DNA from: Acidimicrobiales bacterium
GTDB lineage: Bacteria; Actinomycetota; Acidimicrobiia; Acidimicrobiales; JAJPHE01
Length of the DNA: 64,000 nt
Assembly: GCA_035695125.1 (NCBI GenBank)
Contig: DASSEU010000025.1
Span: forward strand, 113,526 to 177,525
Direction of reading: 5' to 3'
In this document: piece by piece, positions 44,494-53,762 of the stretch
How positions within the stretch are numbered: position 1 is the first letter of the stretch
Layout of the letters: every line of letters begins with the position of its first letter
The notes under the pieces: generated by a model
Seen by the model: only the letters and a program-made list of their open reading frames with translations
Told to the model about the DNA's origin: nothing
The model's database searches: none
Made by a program: the position numbers and the translations under genes

Positions 44494-45006
44494 TTAGCCA
44501 GGGCGCTGGCGGGCCTGGCGCAGCTCCCGCTCCGTGTCCCGGCCCACGTCCCGGGCGGCTATGGCGGCCCGCTTGTCGTAGTGCCGCCGCCCCCGGGCCA
44601 GGCCGAGCTCGACCTTGGCCCGACCCTGCTTGAAGTACAGGGAGAGCGGCACGAGGGTGAGCGACTGCTGGGCCACCCGTAGGTCGAGCTCGCCTATCTC
44701 CCGCCGGTGCAGCAGCAGCTTGCGGGCCCGGTCGGGATCGTGGGAGCCGAAGCCCTGGGCCTGGGCGTAAGGAGGGATGTGCATGCCGTGCAGCCACATC
44801 TCGCCCCGCTCGACCCGGGCGTAGGCGTCCCGCAGCGTGACCTTGCCCTGCCGGAGGGACTTCACCTCCCCGCCCACGAGGGCTATCCCGCACTCGTAGG
44901 TGTCGAGGATGTCGTAGTCGTGGCGGGCCCGCCGGTTCGAGGCGACCGTGCGGTTGTTGGGGTCGCTCGGCGCGGCGGAGGCGCGGGCCCGGCCCTTCGG
45001 GGACAT
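44494..45006 (-). CDS. smpB: SsrA-binding protein SmpB
   Basis: NRRARHDYDILDTYECGIALVGGEVKS...LLLHRREI...LVPLSLYFKQGRAKVELGLARGRR. Confidence 0.95.
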   Translation of the reverse strand: MSPKGRARASAAPSDPNNRTVASNRRARHDYDILDTYECGIALVGGEVKSLRQGKVTLRDAYARVERGEMWLHGMHIPPYAQAQGFGSHDPDRARKLLLHRREIGELDLRVAQQSLTLVPLSLYFKQGRAKVELGLARGRRHYDKRAAIAARDVGRDTERELRQARQRPG

Positions 45007-45082
45007 GGCCGGAGGATATGGCCGGCTCCGCCGTCATCCGGCGATGACAGGAGGCGGCCGGCCCGGTAGCTTGCGGGGCGCC

Positions 45083-45487
45083 ATGCTCCGGCTCACCCGC
45101 CCCGTCCATCTCGAGATGGTGGCCCACTGCCTCGAGGGGCTCCCCCTCGAGGCCTGCGGGCTGCTGGCCGGGCCAGCCGGCCGGGGCCAGGCGGTGGTCT
45201 GCTACCCGGCCCGCAACGAGGCCGGGTCGGCCCGGGTGTACCGGGTGGACTCCCGGGACTACCTGCGGGCCGACCGGGACGCCGAGGACCGGGGTCTCGA
45301 GATCATCGGCGTGTTCCACTCCCACACCCACACCGAGGCCTACCCGTCGCCGACCGACGTGGCCCAGGCCCCCGACCCCGGATGGCACTACGTGCTGGTG
45401 TCGCTCCGGGACGTGCCCTCCGTCCGTTCCTTCCGGATCCGCGACGGGAAGATCACCGAGGAGCCCGTTGTTGTCGACGGGCGATAG
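45083..45487 (+). CDS. mec: JAMM/MPN+ metalloprotease, Mec (CysO-cysteine hydrolase)-like
   Basis: EACGLLAG plus the JAMM motif HSHTHTEAYPSPTD. Gene order mec-cysO-cysM matches M. tuberculosis. Confidence 0.88.
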   Translation: MLRLTRPVHLEMVAHCLEGLPLEACGLLAGPAGRGQAVVCYPARNEAGSARVYRVDSRDYLRADRDAEDRGLEIIGVFHSHTHTEAYPSPTDVAQAPDPGWHYVLVSLRDVPSVRSFRIRDGKITEEPVVVDGR

Positions 45488-45551
45488 AATTCTGAGTCAA
45501 GCAGTCGACAATCCGTCCTGGATTTTCGACCCCGATCACCCGGAGACCGCC

Positions 45552-45833
45552 GTGGCCGTCGAAGTCCGCCTGCCGACCCTGCTGCGAGCCAACGCCGGCG
45601 GCCAGTCAACCGTCCGGGGGGACGGCGCCACGGTGGGGGAGGTGCTGTTCGACCTCGTGCGGCAGTACCCGGGGCTCCAGGGCCAGCTGGTCACCGACGC
45701 CGGGGAGCTGCACCGCTTCGTGAACGTGTACGTGAACGACGACGACGTCCGGTACATGGAGAAGCTCGACACCAAGGTGTCGGAGGAGGACACGATCTCG
45801 ATCCTCCCCGCCGTGGCCGGAGGGGCCCGCTAG
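45552..45833 (+). CDS. cysO: MoaD/ThiS-family sulfur-carrier protein CysO-like, ending ...AVAGG-AR
   Basis: LPTLLRANAGGQSTV...HRFVNVYVNDDDVRY...ISILPAVAGGAR. GGAGA lies 5 nt before GTG 45552. Confidence 0.85.
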   Translation: MAVEVRLPTLLRANAGGQSTVRGDGATVGEVLFDLVRQYPGLQGQLVTDAGELHRFVNVYVNDDDVRYMEKLDTKVSEEDTISILPAVAGGAR

Positions 45834-45843
45834 GGCCCGGCCC

Positions 45844-46794
45844 ATGGCCCTCTACGACAGCGCCCTGGCCCTCATCGGCAACACGCCACTGGTCGACGTC
45901 TCCTCCCTCAGCCCGAACCCCCACGTCCGCATCGTCGCCAAGCTCGAAGGGCAGAACCCCGGCGGATCGGTGAAGGACCGCATAGCCCTCGCCATGGTCG
46001 AGCAGGCGGAGAAGGAGGGGCTGCTGGGCCCGGGCGCCACCCTCATCGAACCCTCGTCGGGGAACACCGGTATCGGGTTGGCCCTGGTTTGCCGGGTCAA
46101 GGGCTACCGCCTGAAGATCGTGATGCCCGAGAACGTCTCCGTCGAGCGGCGCCAGCTTCTCGAGGTGTGGGGCACCGACGAGATCATCTCCTCGCCCGGA
46201 AGCGAGGGGTCCAACGGCGCCGTGCGACTGGCCCAGCGCCTGGCGGCCGAGAACCCCGAGTGGGTGTTCCTCTACCAGTACGGCAACGCCGCGAACCCGC
46301 GTGCCCACTACGAGGGAACTGGGCCCGAGATCTGGCGGGACTGCCCCGAGGTGACCCACTTCGTGGCCGGGCTCGGCACGAGCGGGACCCTGCTCGGCGT
46401 CGGCAGCTACCTCAAGGAGCGCAACCCGGACGTCCAGGTGTGGGCAGTCGAGCCGCCGGCGGGGGAGATGGTGGACGGGCTGCGGAACCTCGACGACGGT
46501 TACATCCCGCCGATCTTCGAAGACGGTCGCGGCGAGGATCTTCTGGACTTCAAGACCATCGTCGGCCCCCGGGAGTCCATCGAGTGGACCCGGCGGCTAC
46601 GGGACGTCGGCGTCTTCTCGGGGATCTCGTCGGGGGCGGCGGTGGCCGGAGCGGCCAAGTGCGCACGGCGCATCAGCGAAGGCGTGATCGCGGTGGTGCT
46701 GGCCGACGGCGGGTGGAAGTACCTGTCGACGGGGGCGTGGACCGACGATCTCGACGAGGTCGTGGAACGGGCCAAGCGGGTCATCTACTTCTGA
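45844..46794 (+). CDS. cysM: Cysteine synthase B-type (CysM, O-phosphoserine/CysO-thiocarboxylate-dependent)
   Basis: PLP-lysine region LEGQNPGGSVKDRIA, the GNTG loop and GTSGT. Confidence 0.92.
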   Translation: MALYDSALALIGNTPLVDVSSLSPNPHVRIVAKLEGQNPGGSVKDRIALAMVEQAEKEGLLGPGATLIEPSSGNTGIGLALVCRVKGYRLKIVMPENVSVERRQLLEVWGTDEIISSPGSEGSNGAVRLAQRLAAENPEWVFLYQYGNAANPRAHYEGTGPEIWRDCPEVTHFVAGLGTSGTLLGVGSYLKERNPDVQVWAVEPPAGEMVDGLRNLDDGYIPPIFEDGRGEDLLDFKTIVGPRESIEWTRRLRDVGVFSGISSGAAVAGAAKCARRISEGVIAVVLADGGWKYLSTGAWTDDLDEVVERAKRVIYF

Positions 46795-46862
46795 CCGAGC
46801 CCTTCCAACCCCGCCGCCTCGACTGCGACCTGTTCCAGCTGCAGGAACAGGCCCGGTCGTCG

Positions 46863-47888
46863 ATGGCCCGGGGCACCTTCGACTACATGGCCGGCGGGGC
46901 CGACGACGAGGTCACCCTGCGGGACAACGTCGAGGCGTGGACCCGGATGCGGCTGCGCCCGCGGGTGCTTCGCGACGTGAGCACGGTGAGCACGACCACG
47001 ACCGTGCTCGGCACCGAGGTGTCCTGTCCGATCCTGGTGGCACCGGTCAGCTATCTGCGCCTCGTGCACGACGAGGGGGAGCGGGCCATGGCCGCCGGTG
47101 CCGCCGCAGCGGGAGTCATCATGGCCCTCTCCACGCGCTCCTCCTGCACGATCGAGGACGTGGCCGCCGCCGCCCCGGGCGCTGGTCGCTGGTTCCAGGT
47201 CTACCTGCTACGCGACCGCGGCTGGACGGCCGACCTCGTGGACCGGGCCGTGGCGGCAGGGTTCAGGGCCCTGGTGCTCACCGTCGATACGCCCGTCCTC
47301 GGCTACCGCAGGCGCGACGTCCTCAACGCGTTCGAGCTTCCCGAGGGCATCACCATGGCCAACGTGGCGTCGCGGGTGTCCCCCGAGGTGGCCGAGGCCG
47401 AGGGCCTGCTGGCGGCCTACCAGGCTCCCGACCTCGGCCCCGAGGACGTCGCCTGGCTGGCCGAGCGCTCGGGACTGCCGGTGGTGGCCAAGGGCGTCCT
47501 CACGGGCGAGGCGGCGCGTGAGTGCATCGGCGCCGGCGCGTCGGCGGTGGTCGTGTCCAATCACGGCGGCCGTCAGCTCGACGGGGTGCTGGCCACGGCC
47601 GACGCTTTGGCCTCCGTGACCGACGCGGTCGGGAGCGACGCCGAGGTCTACGTCGACGGAGGGGTGCGGCGGGGAACCGACGTACTCAAGGCCCTGGCCC
47701 TCGGCGCCCGGGCCGTCATGATCGGGCGGCCGGCGGTGTGGGGTCTGGCCACCTCCGGAGCTGAGGGGGTGCAGGCGGTCATCGGCCACCTCTGCTTCGA
47801 GCTCCGTACCGCCATGGCCCTGGCCGGTGTGCGCCACCCGGGTGAGATCGACCGGGCCATGGTCGATCTGCGCTCCCACCCGCAATAG
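46863..47888 (+). CDS. FMN-dependent alpha-hydroxy-acid oxidase/dehydrogenase (LldD/glycolate-oxidase family)
   Basis: FDYMAGGADDEVTLRDN, WFQVY, TVDTPVLGYRRRD, VSNHGGRQLD, GGVRRGTDVLKALALGA. Coordinates use ATG 46863. Family-like sequence (LFQLQEQARSS) continues upstream to CTG 46791, which overlaps the cysM stop. Confidence 0.88.
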   Translation: MARGTFDYMAGGADDEVTLRDNVEAWTRMRLRPRVLRDVSTVSTTTTVLGTEVSCPILVAPVSYLRLVHDEGERAMAAGAAAAGVIMALSTRSSCTIEDVAAAAPGAGRWFQVYLLRDRGWTADLVDRAVAAGFRALVLTVDTPVLGYRRRDVLNAFELPEGITMANVASRVSPEVAEAEGLLAAYQAPDLGPEDVAWLAERSGLPVVAKGVLTGEAARECIGAGASAVVVSNHGGRQLDGVLATADALASVTDAVGSDAEVYVDGGVRRGTDVLKALALGARAVMIGRPAVWGLATSGAEGVQAVIGHLCFELRTAMALAGVRHPGEIDRAMVDLRSHPQ

Positions 47889-47898
47889 CCTCGCTGCC

Positions 47899-48708
47899 GT
47901 GGACGACCGTCCCATCGGGATGTTCGACAGCGGCTTCGGCGGCCTCACCGTGGCCCGGGCCCTGATCGACCTCCTCCCGGACGAGGACCTCGTCTACATA
48001 GGCGACACCGGCCGCTACCCCTACGGCCCCCGACCCCTGGAGCAGGTGACCGAGTTCTCCCGGCAGCTGGCCGCCAGCCTGGTCGAGAACCACGACGTCA
48101 AGATGATCATCGTGGCGTGCAACACGGCGGGGGCCGCCGCCCTCGACCTGTTGCGCTTCGAGCTCGAGGTGCCGGTGGTGGGCGTGATCGAGCCGGGCAT
48201 CCGGGCGGCGGTGCGCGCCACGCGCAACGGGCGCGTCGGGGTCATCGGCACCGTCGGTACGGTCGCATCTGGGGCCTACCAGCGGGCCGTGGCCGCCATG
48301 CGGACCGGCGTCGAGCTCACCTGTGCGGCCACCCCCGGCTTCGTCGAGTTCGTCGAGCGGGGGGAGACCGACAGCGAGCAGGTCCACGTGCTGGCCGAGC
48401 GGCTGCTCCACCCGGTCCGCCAGGCCAACGTCGACACGCTGCTTCTGGGCTGCACCCACTATCCGTTCCTGGCCCGCACCATCGGGGACGTGATGGGGCG
48501 GGACGTGGTCCTCGTCTCCTCCGCCGACGAGACGGCCTTCGAAGTCAGCGCCATCCTGACCCGCACGGGTCTGGGCCGGCGCACAGCGGGCAAGGGGGTC
48601 CACCGCTTCGTCTCCTCGGGCGACGTCGAGGTGTTCAGGGATCTCGGTCGCCGGCTGCTCGGCCCCGAGCTGGACCGGGTCGAGTCCCGCTCATGGCCGA
48701 CACCCTGA
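47899..48708 (+). CDS. murI: Glutamate racemase
   Basis: IGMFDSGFGGLTVA, IVACNTA and LGCTHYP (two catalytic Cys). Confidence 0.93.
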   Translation: MDDRPIGMFDSGFGGLTVARALIDLLPDEDLVYIGDTGRYPYGPRPLEQVTEFSRQLAASLVENHDVKMIIVACNTAGAAALDLLRFELEVPVVGVIEPGIRAAVRATRNGRVGVIGTVGTVASGAYQRAVAAMRTGVELTCAATPGFVEFVERGETDSEQVHVLAERLLHPVRQANVDTLLLGCTHYPFLARTIGDVMGRDVVLVSSADETAFEVSAILTRTGLGRRTAGKGVHRFVSSGDVEVFRDLGRRLLGPELDRVESRSWPTP

Positions 48709-49418
48709 CCCTCACGGTCCTCGGGGCCAGTGGCAGCTACCCCGGGCCCGGCCAGGCGTGCAGCGGTTATCTGCTCTCGGCGGGAGTCACCCGGGTGTGG
48801 CTGGACGCCGGCTCGGGAACGCTGGCCAACCTGCAGCGCCACATCGCGCTGGCCGACGTCGACGCCATCGTCTTGTCGCACGAGCACCCCGACCACTGGA
48901 CCGACATCGAGGGCTTTGCCGTGGCCAGCCGCTACGTCCTCCACCTGCCGCCGATCCCGGTGTTCGCCCCGGCCGGACTGCGGGAGCACCTGCTCACGGG
49001 GGCCGATGCCTTCGTGTGGCACGAGATCTCCGACGGTGGAACGGTGGACGTCGGGGACCTCCGGCTCGGCTTCCGCCGCACGGACCACGGCCCGGAGACG
49101 CTGGCGGTCCGGGTGGACGGTGCGGGACGATCGCTCGGTTACTCTGCCGACACGGGGCCGGGCTGGTCGCTGGCGGAGCTCGGTCCCGGTCTCGATCTGG
49201 CCCTGTGTGAGGCCACGTACCTGGAGGAACACGAGGATGCGGGCATGCATATGACGGCGCGCCAGGCCGGTGCCACGGCGCGGGAGGCGGGGGCGGCCGC
49301 CCTGGTCATCACCCATCTGCAGCCGACGGTGGACCGGGTGGCGGCGCGCGTCGCTGCCGGGGACGCGTTCGGGGCGCCCGTCGAGGTGGCGGCGGCGGGG
49401 CTGGTCCGGTCGGTATGA
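48693..49418 (+). CDS. MBL-fold metallo-hydrolase (Rv1339-like)
   Basis: SHEHPDHW motif. Its position between murI and rph matches mycobacteria. Confidence 0.8.
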   Translation: MADTLTLTVLGASGSYPGPGQACSGYLLSAGVTRVWLDAGSGTLANLQRHIALADVDAIVLSHEHPDHWTDIEGFAVASRYVLHLPPIPVFAPAGLREHLLTGADAFVWHEISDGGTVDVGDLRLGFRRTDHGPETLAVRVDGAGRSLGYSADTGPGWSLAELGPGLDLALCEATYLEEHEDAGMHMTARQAGATAREAGAAALVITHLQPTVDRVAARVAAGDAFGAPVEVAAAGLVRSV

Positions 49419-50164
49419 GCGGCACCAGGCGTGACGGCCGGGGGCCGGAGGACCTGCGGCCGGCATCGTTCACGCGCGATTACACGGAGTTTGCCGCCGG
49501 ATCGGTGCTGGTGGAGATGGGCCGCACCCGGGTCCTGTGCACCGCCTCGGTGGACGACCGGGTTCCACCGTGGCTGCGCGGCACCGGTAAGGGATGGGTC
49601 ACCGCCGAATACTCGATGCTGCCCGGCTCGAGCCCCGAGCGCGTCGACAGAGAGGCGGCGCGGGGCAAGCAGTCGGGGCGGACCCAGGAGATCCAGCGTT
49701 TGATCGGCCGCTCGGTGCGGGCGGTGACCGACCTGACGCTCATGCCGGAGCTGCAGGTCATCGTCGACTGCGATGTGCTCCAGGCCGACGGTGGGACGCG
49801 TACCGCCTCGATCTGTGGAGCGTGGATAGCCCTGCACGACGCCTTCTCCCGGCTGGTGCAGAGTGGTCGGCTCAACGTCCATCCGATGGGCGAGGGCCTG
49901 GCCGCCGTGTCGGTGGGGGTCGTGGACGCCGTGGCGCTCCTCGACCTCGAGTACTCCGAGGACTCCCGTGCCGAGGTTGACATGAACGTGGTCATGACGA
50001 GCACGGGCCGCTTCGTCGAGGTGCAGGGCACCGCCGAGGGGATGCCGTTCAGCCGCAGCGAGCTGGATGACCTCCTCGGCCTGGCCGAGCACGGCTGCGC
50101 CGAGCTGCTCGACCTCCAGGCTGCCGTCGTGGCCCAGCCGCCGGCGCCCCGCCCCCGAACCTGA
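49415..50164 (+). CDS. rph: Ribonuclease PH
   Basis: [12 protein letters not shown]...[11 protein letters not shown]...[17 protein letters not shown] overlap with the upstream gene. Confidence 0.95.
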   Translation: MSGTRRDGRGPEDLRPASFTRDYTEFAAGSVLVEMGRTRVLCTASVDDRVPPWLRGTGKGWVTAEYSMLPGSSPERVDREAARGKQSGRTQEIQRLIGRSVRAVTDLTLMPELQVIVDCDVLQADGGTRTASICGAWIALHDAFSRLVQSGRLNVHPMGEGLAAVSVGVVDAVALLDLEYSEDSRAEVDMNVVMTSTGRFVEVQGTAEGMPFSRSELDDLLGLAEHGCAELLDLQAAVVAQPPAPRPRT

Positions 50165-50184
50165 CCGCGGCGGCGAGACGCACC

Positions 50185-50757
50185 GTGCGGATCGTGCTGG
50201 CGACGGCCAATCCCGACAAGGCCAGCGAGATATCCGCCGTCCTTTCCGGGCTCGAGCTGGTGCCGCGCCCGGCCGATGTCGGCGAGGTCGAGGAGACCGA
50301 GCCCACTCTCGAGGGAAACGCCCGTCTGAAGGCCCACGCCCTGCGCGACGCCACCGGGATGCCGGCGCTGGCCGACGACACCGGGCTCGAGGTGGCGGCC
50401 CTCGGAGGCGCGCCCGGGGTCGTGTCGGCCCGCTGGTCGGGACCGGACGCGACCTACGCCAGCAACGTCGCCAAGCTGCTGCGCGAGATGGAGGGCGTCG
50501 CGGACCGCCGGGCCCGCTTCCGCACGGTCGTGCACCTGGCCTTCCCCGACGGACGTGACCTCGTGGCGGAGGGAGCGGTCGACGGCGTGATCACCACCTC
50601 GGGGCGGGGGAGCAACGGGTTCGGCTACGACCCGGTGTTCCAGCCGGACGAGGCCGCCGGTCGCACCCTGGCCGAGCTCACGCTGGCGGAGAAGAACGCC
50701 CTGTCCCACCGGGCCCGGGCTCTGCGCGCCCTGACCGCCCTGCTGGCCGGGGCCTGA
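50185..50757 (+). CDS. rdgB: Non-canonical purine NTP pyrophosphatase (RdgB/HAM1)
   Basis: IVLATANPDKASEI...ADDTGLEV...GFGYDPVF...KNALSHRARA. Confidence 0.92.
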   Translation: MRIVLATANPDKASEISAVLSGLELVPRPADVGEVEETEPTLEGNARLKAHALRDATGMPALADDTGLEVAALGGAPGVVSARWSGPDATYASNVAKLLREMEGVADRRARFRTVVHLAFPDGRDLVAEGAVDGVITTSGRGSNGFGYDPVFQPDEAAGRTLAELTLAEKNALSHRARALRALTALLAGA

Positions 50758-50770
50758 CCGGACCGGAGGG

Positions 50771-51763
50771 CTACCAGCCCCGGAGGTCCACGGGCCAGCT
50801 CTCGAGCACGTCCTGACCGTCGACCACGTGGAGGGTGTCGTGGTAAGCCACGGTGGGATCGACGTGGGCCGGCGTGACCCGGACCCGGTCTCCGACGGCC
50901 AGGGGGCGCTCGCGGGCGAAGGTCACGTGCTCGTCGGAGCAGAACCACACCGCCGCCCCGTCGATGGTCGGCGGGCCGTGGTCCATCCCCAATGCCTTGA
51001 GCCCGCAGTCAGCGACCGCCCACTGCGGGTTGGCCGAGATCACGGTCGCCACCACGAACAGCGCCTGGCCGAACGGCAGCCCGAGCTTGCCGTACTCGGT
51101 GTCCATGAGGGCGTAGGAGCCGGCCTGGATCTCGTTGGCCCAGGTGTTGAGGGAGTAGGTCCCCGTTCCCCCCGCCGACACCAGCTCCCCGCCCGTCTGC
51201 TCGTGGGCGGACAGGAGCAGCTCCATGCACGGCTTAACGCCTTGGGCCCGGGCCTCTTCGTCGGGGAGGCCCACCACGTGGCCCTCGTAGCCCATCACCC
51301 CCCGAACCTCGAGGCCCCGTGACCGGGCCAGCTCCGCCAGCCGCCCGGCGTCGGCCGGATCGCACCCACACCGGGGCAGGCCCACGTTCACGTCGATCAG
51401 CACCTCGCGCACTCCGCCGCGCGCCGCCGCCTCGATGGTGGCCTCGGAGTCCACGGCCAGCGTCACCCGGGCGCCGGTCGTCACCACCCGCCCCAGACGG
51501 GAGGCGTCCACCACCTCGTTGGCGAGTAGGAGGTCATCACCGAGGCCGGCCGCCGCCATGCCCTCGACCTCCCCGATGGTGGCGCACGTGAACTTGGTCG
51601 CGCCGAGCGCGGCCTGGCGCCGGGCCAGAGCCGTGCACTTGTGCGCCTTGACGTGTGGGCGGAGCCGGGGCGGGGGCAGTGCCTCGGCCATGGTCGCGAG
51701 GTTGCGCTCGAGGACGGAGGCCTCCGCCACGAGCGCCGGGGTCTGCAGCTCGGTCACGCGCAC
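50771..51763 (-). CDS. Alanine-racemase-N-domain PLP enzyme (D-serine deaminase / D-threonine aldolase-like, DSD1 family)
   Basis: LRPHVKAHKCTALARRQ (PLP Lys) and the C-terminal D-serine dehydratase-like domain. Confidence 0.78.
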   Translation of the reverse strand: MRVTELQTPALVAEASVLERNLATMAEALPPPRLRPHVKAHKCTALARRQAALGATKFTCATIGEVEGMAAAGLGDDLLLANEVVDASRLGRVVTTGARVTLAVDSEATIEAAARGGVREVLIDVNVGLPRCGCDPADAGRLAELARSRGLEVRGVMGYEGHVVGLPDEEARAQGVKPCMELLLSAHEQTGGELVSAGGTGTYSLNTWANEIQAGSYALMDTEYGKLGLPFGQALFVVATVISANPQWAVADCGLKALGMDHGPPTIDGAAVWFCSDEHVTFARERPLAVGDRVRVTPAHVDPTVAYHDTLHVVDGQDVLESWPVDLRGW

Positions 51764-51801
51764 CCGGGAGTGTCTAGTCGAGGCCGGGCGTAGGGTGCCC
51801 C

Positions 51802-52644
51802 ATGCGCTTCGCCATCAAGACCGCGCCCCAGCACACCACCTGGGCCGACATGCTGGCCGTGTTCCGGGAAGCCGACGGGATCGACGTGTTCGAGTCCGGA
51901 TGGACCTTCGACCACTTCTACCCGATCCGGGGGGACACGGACGGGCCGTGCCTGGAGGGATGGATCACCCTCACCGCCCTGGCCCAGGCCACCAGCCGGC
52001 TGCGCCTGGGGGTGCTGGTGACCGGCATCCACTACCGGCACCCGGCGGTGCTGGCCAACATGGCCGCCACCCTCGACATCATCTCCGACGGGCGCCTGGA
52101 GCTCGGGATCGGGGCGGGCTGGAACGAGCAGGAGTCGGGTGCATACGGCATCCCCCTCGGCACGCCGCGGGAGCGCAGCGACCGCTTCGAGGAGGCATGC
52201 GAGGTGCTGGTCGGACTCCTGAGCAGAGAGAGCACGGACTTCACGGGCAAGTTCTTCACCTTGACGGCGGCGCGCTGTGAGCCCAAGCCCGTGCAGCGGC
52301 CCCATCCCCCCATCTGCATCGGGGGCAGCGGGGAGCGCCGCACCCTTCGGACGGCGGCCCGCTGGGCCCAACACTGGAACTTCCTGGGCGGGCCGCCGGC
52401 CGACTTCCGCCGCAAGAAGGAGGTGCTGGAGGGCCACTGCGCCGCAGTGGGCCGGGACCCGGGGGAGATCCTGCTGTCGAGCCACCTGCTGTACGACCCC
52501 GAGCGGGGCCCCGCCGCCACGGCCGAAGCGGCGGCGGCCATGGGGGACGCCGGGATGCAGCTCGGCATCGTCTACCTGCCACCCCCGCTGGACCCCTCCG
52601 TGCTCGAGCCCCTGGCCAAGGCGCTCGAGGCCCTGGCGGGCTGA
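51802..52644 (+). CDS. LLM-class F420-dependent oxidoreductase (Rv1855c-family-like)
   Basis: MRFAIKT...GWTFDHFYP...RLRLGVLVTGIHYRHPAVLANMAATLD...GRLELGIGAGW. Confidence 0.82.
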   Translation: MRFAIKTAPQHTTWADMLAVFREADGIDVFESGWTFDHFYPIRGDTDGPCLEGWITLTALAQATSRLRLGVLVTGIHYRHPAVLANMAATLDIISDGRLELGIGAGWNEQESGAYGIPLGTPRERSDRFEEACEVLVGLLSRESTDFTGKFFTLTAARCEPKPVQRPHPPICIGGSGERRTLRTAARWAQHWNFLGGPPADFRRKKEVLEGHCAAVGRDPGEILLSSHLLYDPERGPAATAEAAAAMGDAGMQLGIVYLPPPLDPSVLEPLAKALEALAG

Positions 52645-52659
52645 CGGCCGCCGGGTGAC

Positions 52660-52679
52660 GGCCGCCGGCTGAGGCGGCC
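52660..52679. terminator. Hairpin GGCCGCC-ggctga-GGCGGCC between convergent genes, inside a 14-bp tandem repeat (TGACGGCCGCCGG x2)
   Basis: Read directly from the sequence. It lies between the LLM stop (52644) and the corA stop (52689). Confidence 0.3.
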
Positions 52680-52688
52680 GTCCCGATC

Positions 52689-53762
52689 TCAGGCGGCGGG
52701 CTCCTCGGCCGGTTGGGCGGGGTGGACCTGGTGGAGGACCTTCCAGCGCCGGTCGGCGGAGAGGCGGGGCCGGCGGGATGGGGCGCCGGCGGGAACGGTG
52801 GCGTCCTGGCTCAGCCAGCCCCGGCGCTTGAAGAAGACCATGAGGACGACGACCGTAAGGACCTGGGACCCGATGCCGACGGCCACGAACACGGGCAGGC
52901 TCGAGATCTTGTTGATCATCCAGCCGAAGTTCTGACCGAAGAAGCCGGTCAGGAAGCTCATCGGGAGGAACACGGTGGCGATGATCGTCAGCTGCTTCAT
53001 CACCACGTTCAGCCGGTTGGAGACGGTCGACAGGTGGGTGTCCAGGGCCCCGCTCAGCAGGTCCCGGTAGCTGTCGACCAGGTCGCTGATCCGGATCAGG
53101 TGGTCGTAGAGGTCCCGGAAGTAGCGCTCGGCGTCGGGAGTCATCCCCGCCAGATCGATCCCGCCCGCCAGCATGGTGGCGAACATGTCCCGCTGCGGTG
53201 TCACCACCTTGCGGAGGCCGATCAGGGCCCGCTTCATGTCGAACAGCTGTCCCATCTGCTGCTCGGTCGGCTGCTGGAGGATCTCGTCCTCCAGGTCGTC
53301 GATGTCATCGTCGAGGTGGGACAGGACGGGGAAGTAGCTGTCCACAAGGGTGTCGAGCACCCGGTAGAGGAGCATCACGTGGTCGGGGCGGGGCCCGGCG
53401 CCCCGGCGGATGCGTTCGGCCAGATCCCTTAGATCCGGGCAGGGGTCCCGGTGGATGGTGACCAGGTAGTTGGCCGTGTAGAAGCAGTGGACCTCCGAGA
53501 GCTGGCCCCCGCCCGTGGCCCCGTAGACGACGAAGAGTGAGAACTCGTCGTAGGTGTCGATCTTGGGCCGTTGGCCGAAGTGCTCGGCATCCTCCACGGC
53601 CAGGGGATGGAAGCCGAAGGTGTCCCGGAGCAGGCCCACGCCGTCGGGGTCGAGGTCGGACAGGTTCAGCCAGAACCGGGTCGAGGAGTCGATCAGCTGC
53701 CTCACCGCCGGCGCCGTGACCTCGTGCTCGGCGCCGTCGACCGTGATCAGGTGGCCATTCAT
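52689..53762 (-). CDS. corA: CorA-family divalent-cation transporter with GQN in place of the GMN signature
   Basis: Cytoplasmic funnel domain plus two C-terminal TMs. The periplasmic loop reads FLTGFFGQNFGWM. Start is at ATG 53762 (ATG 53819 is an alternative). Confidence 0.85.
   Translation of the reverse strand: MNGHLITVDGAEHEVTAPAVRQLIDSSTRFWLNLSDLDPDGVGLLRDTFGFHPLAVEDAEHFGQRPKIDTYDEFSLFVVYGATGGGQLSEVHCFYTANYLVTIHRDPCPDLRDLAERIRRGAGPRPDHVMLLYRVLDTLVDSYFPVLSHLDDDIDDLEDEILQQPTEQQMGQLFDMKRALIGLRKVVTPQRDMFATMLAGGIDLAGMTPDAERYFRDLYDHLIRISDLVDSYRDLLSGALDTHLSTVSNRLNVVMKQLTIIATVFLPMSFLTGFFGQNFGWMINKISSLPVFVAVGIGSQVLTVVVLMVFFKRRGWLSQDATVPAGAPSRRPRLSADRRWKVLHQVHPAQPAEEPAA

Noticed and set aside
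45031-45060. Imperfect hairpin CCGCCGTCATC-cggc-GATGAC-agga-GGCGG with an AGGAGG and an in-frame ATG (45047) upstream of mec, suggesting a longer Mec protein.
   Set aside because: Similarity to M. tuberculosis Mec begins at MLRL... (ATG 45083). The 12 extra residues (MTGGGRPGSLRGA) are low-complexity, so I kept the shorter start. The function of the hairpin remains open.
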